64,000 nt of DNA from positions 49,579 through 113,578 of the forward strand of contig CACDUZ010000003.1 in NCBI GenBank assembly GCA_902556105.1, written 5' to 3'. The notes under the pieces were generated by a model. The model saw nothing but the letters and a program-made list of their open reading frames with translations, searched no databases and was not told where the DNA came from. The translations under genes and the position numbers were made by a program. Source of the DNA: an uncultured SAR86 cluster bacterium. Lineage in GTDB: Bacteria > Pseudomonadota > Gammaproteobacteria > Magnimaribacterales > D2472. Below are positions 18,804 to 27,115 of the stretch, piece after piece. Within the stretch, counting starts at the first letter, position 1, and every line of letters begins with the position of its first letter.

Positions 18804-19397
18804 ATGGATTTAAAAGAAAAACTACCAGATTCATACTCACATATTGATGAGACCCTTGATAGTGCAAAATTAATTTTGTCTGAAGCTGTTTCAAACACAC
18901 AAACTTTATTCCATACCCCAGTTGTGTCAACAATGAATGAAAACAAAATTGTATCCCGCGTGATGGTATTAAGAGAATTCAACTTTGATAAAAAAATTCT
19001 TCGTTTCCATACAGATAACAGAGCAGCAAAAATAGATAACTTAACCAAAAATCCTTCTTCAACAGTTATTGGATATGATGCAGACCTAAAAATACAAATA
19101 AAAATGCAAGGTCAGGCAAAGGTTCACATTGATGATGAAGTGGCAAAGATAGCATGGAATGAGTCAACGCCGCGTTCAAAGAAATGTTATTCAGTAAAAG
19201 GCGGCTCTTCTAAAAAAATTGAAAATCCTGGAGATTATGATATTACTAATTTTGAAGTTGAAGATGGCTATCAGAATTTTGCTGTAATTATTTTTAATTT
19301 TCTTTCGCTTGAGTTCTTATACCTCAAAAGTTCTGGCCACAGGAGAGCATTGCATGATTGGTATGATGATTATTCATCAACATGGTTGGTTCCATAA
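18804..19397 (+). CDS. pyridoxamine 5'-phosphate oxidase-like FMN-binding protein
   Basis: PNPOx-like split-barrel pattern (VMVLREFN...LRFHTDNRAAKI...IQIKMQG) and a C-terminal W..P ending. Confidence 0.55.
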   Translation: MDLKEKLPDSYSHIDETLDSAKLILSEAVSNTQTLFHTPVVSTMNENKIVSRVMVLREFNFDKKILRFHTDNRAAKIDNLTKNPSSTVIGYDADLKIQIKMQGQAKVHIDDEVAKIAWNESTPRSKKCYSVKGGSSKKIENPGDYDITNFEVEDGYQNFAVIIFNFLSLEFLYLKSSGHRRALHDWYDDYSSTWLVP

Positions 19398-19488
19398 TTT
19401 ATCTATAAAGTAGACGTAAATCACAATCTTTTAAATTAAAAGTATTGTATTATTGCTGTTCATTAATTTTAATAAAGGAGAAAAAAAA

Positions 19489-19914
19489 ATGAGATTTTTA
19501 TTAATTTCAGCTCTGATGCTTTCAATCACAACATTTGCACAAGAAGAAAATTCTAGAGAATTTGCAGATGGAGTTATTGAGTTAACAACTGTAAAAGTTA
19601 AAACTAATTTCCTACAAGACTATCTTGATGGAATTGAGCAAACATGGGTTGCTGCTGCAAAAATTCAGCAAGAAATGGGGATAATTTCTAATTACAATGT
19701 TTATATAGGAAATGACGGCTCAACTGTATATCTAACTCAAACTTACCCATCTTGGGCAAATAAAGCGCCTTGGACGGATGAGCAAACAGCAGAATTTCAA
19801 AAGAAATTTAATGAAGTGATGTCTGATGAGGATAATACTGAAATGTCTAAAGGCTATGAAGATATTCGTGAAATTGTTAGTGTTGAGTTAATTGGTAGAC
19901 TAATTTTTAATTAA
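19489..19914 (+). CDS. hypothetical secreted protein
   Basis: AAAGGAG Shine-Dalgarno 8 nt before the ATG at 19489, and signal peptide MRFLLISALMLSITTFAQ. The tracked upstream start at 19453 lacks an RBS. Confidence 0.5.
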   Translation: MRFLLISALMLSITTFAQEENSREFADGVIELTTVKVKTNFLQDYLDGIEQTWVAAAKIQQEMGIISNYNVYIGNDGSTVYLTQTYPSWANKAPWTDEQTAEFQKKFNEVMSDEDNTEMSKGYEDIREIVSVELIGRLIFN

Positions 19915-19954
19915 TTCAGCTAATTAATTAATTAATTTATTTTTTATAAATTTT

Positions 19955-19979
19955 AAACCCTCTTTTAAGAGGGTTTTTT
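19955..19979 (+). terminator. rho-independent terminator
   Basis: AAACCCTCT-TTTA-AGAGGGTTTTTT hairpin plus a T-run. Confidence 0.65.
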
Positions 19980-19981
19980 AT

Positions 19982-20056
19982 TGGTGCCCTCTGCAGGAAT
20001 CGAACCTGCAACTAATCCTTAGGAGGGATTTGTTATATCCATTTAACTAAGAAGGC
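19982..20056 (-). tRNA. tRNA-Arg (anticodon CCU), CCA encoded
   Basis: Reverse complement folds by hand. Acceptor GCCTTCT/AGAGGGC (one G-U pair), anticodon stem AATCC/GGATT with loop CT-CCT-AA, T-arm GCAGGTTCGATTCCTGC. Confidence 0.88.
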
Positions 20057-20067
20057 TTTAAAATTAT

Positions 20068-21921
20068 TTGTTCATGAGGAATTATATTAAAACAAATAAA
20101 CTTTTCTTTATTTGCCTGATAATAATTCTTATATCAAGCTCTCTAGCTTCAATTGTTCAGACAAGCTTTGGGAATGTCAAAATAGAACTTAAAAGTTTGC
20201 CAACAGATGATGGCCAAACGCTAGTTTACGATTTATACAAACCTAAAGAAGCAAACATTGATAACAAAGTACCTTTTGTAATTGTTGTACCTGGTTTTCA
20301 GCGTTCAAAAGAAGCTCTGTCCAATATTGCCATTGAACTTTCAAGAAGAGGATTAGCGATTGCGTTAATTGATCCTTATGCTCAAGGCATGTCTTCATCC
20401 TCTGTAAGTAGACTTGCAGCAACAACTCAAGGGTATGGAATGTTTGCATTGGTAAATTATGCATATGAAGAAAACTTTCCTTTTGTTGATATCGACAAGA
20501 TTGGTTCAACAGGACATTCAATGGGTGGCAATGCGGCCATAAGAGGTGCAGATTTTTTTGGCAAAGAAGCAATAAAATCAAATTCTAAGAGTAAATTAGA
20601 TTCTGTCTTTATCTCAGGATATGTTCTAACACTAAGAGACGATATTTTAAGAGATTCTAGATCCAATATGGGTGTCAGTTATGCACTTTATGATGAAGGT
20701 GCTTTTAGAAATGAATTAAAGGGTTGGGATGCAGCCAATATGGAGATCGCTCCAGAATCTTTAAGAGTAATTAACAATGTGTTGGATGAAAAAAGTAAAA
20801 TAAAAAAAGTTGATCTTGGTAATTATTACGGCGATAAAAAGAATGGAACTCTAAGAGTTGTATTTAATGAAAAATTATTGCATCCATTTCAGCCTTACAA
20901 TAAAGAAGCCACGGCAAATCAAATAAATTATTTTGAGAAAGTATTTGGTTTTTCGAATCAGATAGAACCTTCTAACCAGATTTGGCAATTTAAAGAATTA
21001 TTAACTCTTATAAATATGGTTGTATCTTTAATAATGCTTATACCTCTAACAAAAATATTTTTAAGTTTTAGTTTTTTTAAGACAATTATTAAACCTATTC
21101 CAGAACCTTTACCAGAACAATCTCAAATGGGCAAAATAATTTTTTGGTTCATATTTTTCTTAAGTGCAACCATTGCTTGTTTATCCTTTATTCCAATGGT
21201 AGATATAGCAAAAGTACTCTTTTCTGAAGCTGCTAACAGGGAGATGACATGGTTTTTTCCCCAAAGAATGAATAACTCAGTAATGTTATGGGCTGCATTT
21301 AATGGAATCGTTGGATTATGTATTTTCTTTTTAGCGTATAAGCTATTTGGCAAACATCATGGAGTTAAAAAAGAGTCTTGGGGTATAGATGTTACTATTT
21401 GGGAGCTTGGAAAAAGCTTTCTTTTAGGGATCTTGGTTTTTTGCGCATATTACTCTATTTTATTCTTAAACTATTATTTGTTTCACGTAGATTATAGATT
21501 TTGGTTTATGGGTGTAAGAGTCTTTCAACCAGAAATGATATTAGTTTTGATGATGTATTTTCCATTATTTTTTATTTTTTTCTTTTCTAATTCTTTAAGA
21601 GTTAATGGCTCAATGAGAATTAAGAACCAATCTGAATGGAAATCGAGATTAACAGCAGGTTTTGCAAACTCATTGGGTTTAATGATGATAATCATCATCC
21701 AATATATTACTTATGCCAGAACTGGCACTGTTTTTTGGACAACTAATTGGCTTAGCGTAAATTTATTATTTGGAATTGTTCCGATGATGTTTATTCTGCC
21801 TTACTTTAATTGGGCATTCTTTCAAATGACTGGGAGAGTATTTGTAGGTCCAATCATTTCTTGTTTAATCTTTATAATGATCCTATCTACTAACACTGTT
21901 ATTTACCTTCCAATAAAATAA
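20068..21921 (+). CDS. alpha/beta-hydrolase domain fused to a C-terminal polytopic membrane domain
   Basis: N-terminal anchor, a nucleophile elbow GHSMGG at about residue 150, then about 300 aa of very hydrophobic sequence with many helices. Confidence 0.6.
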   Translation: MFMRNYIKTNKLFFICLIIILISSSLASIVQTSFGNVKIELKSLPTDDGQTLVYDLYKPKEANIDNKVPFVIVVPGFQRSKEALSNIAIELSRRGLAIALIDPYAQGMSSSSVSRLAATTQGYGMFALVNYAYEENFPFVDIDKIGSTGHSMGGNAAIRGADFFGKEAIKSNSKSKLDSVFISGYVLTLRDDILRDSRSNMGVSYALYDEGAFRNELKGWDAANMEIAPESLRVINNVLDEKSKIKKVDLGNYYGDKKNGTLRVVFNEKLLHPFQPYNKEATANQINYFEKVFGFSNQIEPSNQIWQFKELLTLINMVVSLIMLIPLTKIFLSFSFFKTIIKPIPEPLPEQSQMGKIIFWFIFFLSATIACLSFIPMVDIAKVLFSEAANREMTWFFPQRMNNSVMLWAAFNGIVGLCIFFLAYKLFGKHHGVKKESWGIDVTIWELGKSFLLGILVFCAYYSILFLNYYLFHVDYRFWFMGVRVFQPEMILVLMMYFPLFFIFFFSNSLRVNGSMRIKNQSEWKSRLTAGFANSLGLMMIIIIQYITYARTGTVFWTTNWLSVNLLFGIVPMMFILPYFNWAFFQMTGRVFVGPIISCLIFIMILSTNTVIYLPIK

Positions 21922-21959
21922 CTTTATAAAAATTCTTATATACAATCTATAATATAAAA

Positions 21960-23894
21960 ATGAAGATTACTTTACCTGATAATAGTTTTAGAGATTTGCC
22001 AGATGGTTCTTCTGGATATGATCTTGCTAAAGATATTGGCCCTGGCTTGGCAAAGTCTGCTGTTGCTATTACTGTTAACGGTGTACAAAAAGACCTACAT
22101 GATAAGATTGAAGGCGATGCGTCTGTTTCTATAATTACAATAGACTCCGATGATGGTTTAAATATAATGAGACATACCTTAACTGCTCAAGTCCTAGCTA
22201 GAGCAATAAAGAATCTTTATCCTAAATCTCAACTAGCAATAGGACCAATCATTGAAGATGGTTTCTACTATGATGTTGAAACTGATAAGACTATTTCTAT
22301 TGATGATCTTCAAAAAATTGAAGATGAGATGAAGAATATTGTTAAAACTAATTCATCAATAACTAAAAAACTAGTCAGCAAGTCTGATGCATTGAAGGTC
22401 TTTAAATCATTGAAAGAGCCATATAAAGAAGAAATTATTTCAGAATCAGATCAAAAGGATGATTTTCAACTCTACTATCAAGACAAAGAAGAGTTTGTTG
22501 ATTTATGCAGGGGACCACATCTTCCTAATCTTAGCTTTATAGGATCTTTTAAGCTCACCAAGGTATCAGGAGCATACTGGAAAGGCGATTCTAAAAATAC
22601 AATGTTGACTAGAATTTATGGTACAGCTTGGAAAAATGATAAAGATCTTGAAAAATATCTAAATACGATTGAAGAGGCTGTAAAAAGAGATCACAGAAAA
22701 CTTGGAAAAGAAATGGATTTATTCCATTTTCAAGATGAAGCGCCTGGTATGGTTTTTTGGCATCCATATGGATGGAATATTTATAAAACGCTTCAAAGCT
22801 TTATAAGAACTAAATTAGATAAAAATGACTATTTAGAAATTAATACCCCCCAAGTGGTTGATAGAAAACTCTGGGAAGCATCTGGTCACTGGGATAAATA
22901 TAGAGAGAATATGTTTATTACTGAAATTGATGAAGAGCACGCAAATGAGAAAAGAGTAAATGCGCTAAAACCAATGAATTGTCCCTGCCATGTTCAGGTA
23001 TACAATCAAGGCATAACTTCATACAAAGATCTGCCTATAAGATATGCAGAATTTGGTTCATGCCATAGATATGAAGCATCTGGAACAATGCATGGCCTAA
23101 TGAGAGTAAGGGGTTTCACTCAAGATGACGGACATATATTCTGTATGCCAGAGCAGATTGAATCAGAAACAGCTTCATTTATTAGTCTTTTGTCTGAGAT
23201 ATATTCTGATCTAGGGTTTGAGAAATTTAATATCAAGTTATCAACTCGTCCTGAAGTAAGAATTGGATCTGATGAGGTATGGGATAAGGCGGAATCAGCG
23301 CTAGAAAATGCGATTAAAAAACTTGATTTGCCATACAAAATAGATGAGGGCGATGGAGCTTTTTATGGGCCAAAGCTTGATTTTGTATTAACTGATGCAA
23401 TTGGAAGAGAATGGCAATGTGGAACTTTCCAAGCTGATTTTAACCTTCCAGATAGATTAGATGCCGAATATATTGGTGAAGATGGAAATAAACACCATCC
23501 TGTAATGATTCACAGAGCAATTTTAGGTTCCTTTGAGAGATTTATTGGTATTTTAATTGAGAATTATTCTGGAAAATTACCATTTTGGTTAGCTCCTCAG
23601 CAGGTTGTTATTGCCTCTATAGTTTCTGAGGTAAATGACTATGCCCTTAAAATTCAAACTTTGTTGAAAGAAAAAGGGATCAGAACTGAAGTTGACTTAA
23701 GAAATGAAAAAATTAGCTATAAAGTAAGAGAGCACAGTTCTAGAAAAGTGCCAATCATTATGGCAATTGGAAAAAATGAAAAAGCCAATGAGACAGTATC
23801 TATAAGGCGTATTGGCAGCAAAGATACTGAGGTTATAGATCTCGATAAAGCATTAAAGTTAATTGAAAAAGAAAATTCTTCAATAAGCCAATGA
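21960..23894 (+). CDS. thrS: threonine--tRNA ligase
   Basis: TGS domain at the N-terminus, LCRGPHL, and class II motifs (FRHE-like CHRYEASG, RGFTQDDGHIF, QADFNLP). Confidence 0.96.
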   Translation: MKITLPDNSFRDLPDGSSGYDLAKDIGPGLAKSAVAITVNGVQKDLHDKIEGDASVSIITIDSDDGLNIMRHTLTAQVLARAIKNLYPKSQLAIGPIIEDGFYYDVETDKTISIDDLQKIEDEMKNIVKTNSSITKKLVSKSDALKVFKSLKEPYKEEIISESDQKDDFQLYYQDKEEFVDLCRGPHLPNLSFIGSFKLTKVSGAYWKGDSKNTMLTRIYGTAWKNDKDLEKYLNTIEEAVKRDHRKLGKEMDLFHFQDEAPGMVFWHPYGWNIYKTLQSFIRTKLDKNDYLEINTPQVVDRKLWEASGHWDKYRENMFITEIDEEHANEKRVNALKPMNCPCHVQVYNQGITSYKDLPIRYAEFGSCHRYEASGTMHGLMRVRGFTQDDGHIFCMPEQIESETASFISLLSEIYSDLGFEKFNIKLSTRPEVRIGSDEVWDKAESALENAIKKLDLPYKIDEGDGAFYGPKLDFVLTDAIGREWQCGTFQADFNLPDRLDAEYIGEDGNKHHPVMIHRAILGSFERFIGILIENYSGKLPFWLAPQQVVIASIVSEVNDYALKIQTLLKEKGIRTEVDLRNEKISYKVREHSSRKVPIIMAIGKNEKANETVSIRRIGSKDTEVIDLDKALKLIEKENSSISQ

Positions 23895-24088
23895 TCTCAA
23901 AAATATTTATTCTTCCAATAAGGTTTTATCGTTATTTTATTTCTCCGATGTTTCCGCCTAGTTGCAGATTTACTCCAACATGTTCTGCATATGCAATAGA
24001 TGTAATTATGAAATATGGAGTGATTAAAGGAACATATCTAGCAATAATAAGAGTAAGTAAGTGCCATCCATGGCATGAATCAAATTAA
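23891..24088 (+). CDS. yidD: membrane protein insertion efficiency factor YidD
   Basis: 65 aa with YRYFISPMFPPSCRFTPTCSAYA...KCHPWH. ATGA overlap with the thrS stop. Confidence 0.85.
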   Translation: MISKIFILPIRFYRYFISPMFPPSCRFTPTCSAYAIDVIMKYGVIKGTYLAIIRVSKCHPWHESN

Positions 24089-24135
24089 ATAAAAACTTTT
24101 TTTAAATCATTAGATAAATAAATATGTGTATAAAA

Positions 24136-24145
24136 TATGTATATA
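24136..24145 (+). promoter_or_regulatory. T-run + TATGTATATA motif (extended -10-like) upstream of TBDR-1
   Basis: The same motif recurs at a similar distance upstream of TBDR-2 and TBDR-3. Confidence 0.3.
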
Positions 24146-24218
24146 TTTTAAATATATATTATTTGGTGCTATAGTTTAAGAAGACATACGTTTAATACCA
24201 TTTAGGGGGGTCTTAGTT

Positions 24219-26957
24219 ATGTATAAGTTTTCAAAAATAGCATTTAATCTATCTTTATCCTTTTCTTTAATTTTTACTGCTTTTATAACTGCGCAAGAAG
24301 TAGAAGAGGTTGTTGTGACAGCAACAAAACAAGAGAAATCTGTTCAAGATATTCCTGTATCAATCGAAGCGTTCACTTCTGAAGATATAGATAAGAATAT
24401 GATTGATGATTTCAGTGATTTAGCTGAAGTTGTTCCAGGTCTAATAATTGATAAAGCTATCGGTTCAGGCGCATCTTATTCCATGAGGGGTGTTGGTTCT
24501 TATGGTGTTGGTGCTGCAGTTGTAGGATCATTAGTAGTTTCGATGGACGGCCATGAATACGGTTCATCATCCATAGCGGATACCGCTTTTCATGATCTTG
24601 AGAGAATCGAAGTTTTAAAAGGACCTCAAGGAACTTTATCTGGAAGAAATGCTGTTCAAGGTTTAGTTAATATGGTTACTAAGAGACCAACATCTGAATT
24701 CGAAGGCTCTGTTGATATATCAATAGGTAACTTTAATTCTCAAAGAACAAGCATGATTTTAAATATACCCGTTTCGGACAGACTAGGTATGAGATTGGCT
24801 ACAACAATATTTGATAGAGATGGTGTTGTTAAAAATATCCATACTGGAAATGATATTGATGGCAGAAGTGCTTATGGAGCAAGATTATCAATCGATTTTG
24901 ATATAAGTGACAAAACAACAATGGAATTTACTTATGATTATCAGCACGCTGATGATGATAGGCAAAATATTGGGCATAATGTTTGTACAAAAGACCCATT
25001 ATTTGGTTGTTCACCTTTTGAAAGAGGAACTTTTGGTCAACCAGCTCATGTTAATGGTAGTACTGCAGGATTCTTTAACTTTGCAGCTGCATTAGCTCCT
25101 GCACCAACTCTAGATTCTTATGCTGGAGTAGTGCCAACTGCTAATATCGAAGAAGTAAATCTTAATAGAGATCCTATCCTTAAGCAGAAATATGAATTCG
25201 CTCAAATGAAGTTTGATCATGAAATTAGTGATAGTCATAGACTTGAGGTTAAAGGTACATATTCAGTAAGAGATTACCAGCATATGGCTGACAATGATTA
25301 TGCTGTTGCTACATCACCATTCCCAGGACTCTTCCCAGCTGGTCATCCTGCATCATTTATCCCAATGCAATGGGATGGTTGTTATGGAGGTGTTCATAAT
25401 ACTTTCTGTGAAACTAATACAGCAGACAGAACATATGAGTTTGCATTTGCTGAAACAGAAACCTGGCAGGGTGAAGTAACATTAATCTCTGATCTTGATG
25501 GACCTTTAAACTATCAAATTGGTTATTATTACTATGACTCAACAACAAAAAATATTTATCAGGTTCAAACAGCTGCTTGGAACTTGATTCGTGATGCCAG
25601 TGTTCATCCTTATAACAATACATTATTTGGTGGAGCTCTAACTGGATCTGGATCAACTGACTTTCATGTTGCTTGGGCCCTAACCGGCTTCAATGCTGCA
25701 TTACTTCCACTTGTATTAACTGGATATACAACTCCATTACCAATTCAGGGTTTTATAAATGAAGATCATGTAAGGATAAAGTCTAAAGCTATATTAGGTG
25801 AGTTGTACTATGAACTATCTGATAAAACAATGCTTACACTTGGTCTTAGATATAACGATGATGTTGTAAAGGATAGTGTTGCTTCATGTTTAACTTTTGC
25901 AAGTTGCCCTAATTATCCTGCATCTCAAAAAGTAACTTCCGAATATGGATTTTTCCCAACTCAAGTTACTGAATCTGATGATGCTACTGGTTATAAATTT
26001 GCACTGAAGCATGATATAGATGATAACAAAATGGTTTATACAAGTTACACAACTGCTGTAAAAGCTGGAGGTAACAACCCAAATTCAACTGGTACTCCTG
26101 ATCCATATGATCAAGAGGAAACAGCCGTTTTTGAAATAGGCGCAAAGGGTATATTCCTAGATGGAGCCATGTTGCTGAATGCAACTTACTTCCAAAATAC
26201 AACTGATGGTATGTTAATTTCCTCAATTGTTAATGCTGGATCAAGAAACGTAAATACTGATGCTGAAATAAATGGACTTGAAGGTAATATGCTACTTTTC
26301 TTAAATGAAACAACAAGTATAGACGTTACTTTCTTAAAAGCTGATACAGAAATTACTAGTTTGAGCTTAATTAATCCAATTAATATTAATAATGCTTCAG
26401 CTAGAACACTTCTTCCTGCTGCTTTAGGTGGAGGATTAATGACGCCGCTTGGAGCTGGTGGGGTTTTAAGTGTTGGTAATACCGATGCAGGTTTAGTTTA
26501 TAAATTTGCGGGATTTATGTGTCTTGCTCCATTTAACCCATTTGATGCTACTGGAGCAACAGCTTGTACAGGAGACAACTTAGGAGTTCCTGTTGATGTT
26601 TCAGGCAATAAATTACCTCAATCACCAGAACTTTCATATAGTATCGGTCTAAATAAAGACTTTGTTGGTGACAGTGGGACAACAACAGCTCGAATTGCAT
26701 ACAGATATATGGGTGAGAGAGAAGGCACTGTCTATAATCAGCCCTGGTTAAAAATGCCAGAGCATAAGTTTTTTGATGCAACCGTTACGTATCAACCAAA
26801 TGGTGCAGATTGGTTTGTTAGGCTTGAAGCTAAAAATTTAGCAGACGATCGATATATTGGTTCATGGTATCTTGCAAGTGGTCTACAAGGTGGAAATAAG
26901 TTTGCAACAATCACAGAACCTAGAACATTTGGAGTTTCTTTCGGTACCTCCTTTTAA
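24219..26957 (+). CDS. TonB-dependent receptor (TBDR-1)
   Basis: Signal peptide, TonB-box/plug start QEVEEVVVTATK, plug motifs (IEVLKGPQGTLSGRN), and a C-terminal beta-barrel ending ...FGTSF. Confidence 0.9.
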   Translation: MYKFSKIAFNLSLSFSLIFTAFITAQEVEEVVVTATKQEKSVQDIPVSIEAFTSEDIDKNMIDDFSDLAEVVPGLIIDKAIGSGASYSMRGVGSYGVGAAVVGSLVVSMDGHEYGSSSIADTAFHDLERIEVLKGPQGTLSGRNAVQGLVNMVTKRPTSEFEGSVDISIGNFNSQRTSMILNIPVSDRLGMRLATTIFDRDGVVKNIHTGNDIDGRSAYGARLSIDFDISDKTTMEFTYDYQHADDDRQNIGHNVCTKDPLFGCSPFERGTFGQPAHVNGSTAGFFNFAAALAPAPTLDSYAGVVPTANIEEVNLNRDPILKQKYEFAQMKFDHEISDSHRLEVKGTYSVRDYQHMADNDYAVATSPFPGLFPAGHPASFIPMQWDGCYGGVHNTFCETNTADRTYEFAFAETETWQGEVTLISDLDGPLNYQIGYYYYDSTTKNIYQVQTAAWNLIRDASVHPYNNTLFGGALTGSGSTDFHVAWALTGFNAALLPLVLTGYTTPLPIQGFINEDHVRIKSKAILGELYYELSDKTMLTLGLRYNDDVVKDSVASCLTFASCPNYPASQKVTSEYGFFPTQVTESDDATGYKFALKHDIDDNKMVYTSYTTAVKAGGNNPNSTGTPDPYDQEETAVFEIGAKGIFLDGAMLLNATYFQNTTDGMLISSIVNAGSRNVNTDAEINGLEGNMLLFLNETTSIDVTFLKADTEITSLSLINPININNASARTLLPAALGGGLMTPLGAGGVLSVGNTDAGLVYKFAGFMCLAPFNPFDATGATACTGDNLGVPVDVSGNKLPQSPELSYSIGLNKDFVGDSGTTTARIAYRYMGEREGTVYNQPWLKMPEHKFFDATVTYQPNGADWFVRLEAKNLADDRYIGSWYLASGLQGGNKFATITEPRTFGVSFGTSF

Positions 26958-26974
26958 GAACCGAAAATAAGAAA

Positions 26975-27003
26975 GGACTATATTTTAAATATAGTCCTTT
27001 TTT
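26975..27003 (+). terminator. rho-independent terminator after TBDR-1
   Basis: GGACTATAT / ATATAGTCC stem with a 5-nt loop, followed by TTTTTT. Confidence 0.65.
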
Positions 27004-27041
27004 GTCTATATTAAATCGCTATATAAATAGTTAATATTTTT

Positions 27042-27050
27042 TGTATATAA
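27042..27050 (+). promoter_or_regulatory. T-run + TGTATATAA motif (extended -10-like) upstream of TBDR-2
   Basis: Shared motif; see the entry at 24136. Confidence 0.3.
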
Positions 27051-27115
27051 TTTCTATAAGTGATATAGTTTTCGAACATATTATGTTCATTAAGTCTATT
27101 TAAAGGGGGTACTAT

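Noticed and set aside
19906-19945. TAATTAATTAATTAATT-type run after the 19489-19914 gene.
   Set aside because: It is a low-complexity, stop-rich AT repeat in a spacer just before a terminator. It has too few units and no spacer structure, so it is not a meaningful tandem array.
24089-24218. Fur box upstream of the TBDR genes.
   Set aside because: No convincing match to the GATAATGATAATCATTATC-type 19-mer was seen by eye. There is only generic AT-rich sequence.
27074-27088. Palindromes in TBDR leaders: GAACAT-ATT-ATGTTC (27074-27088) and AATATTTAAATATT (30058-30071), considered as operator sites.
   Set aside because: The two are different sequences and are not shared among the paralogous leaders. 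Short AT-rich palindromes are expected by chance in this composition.
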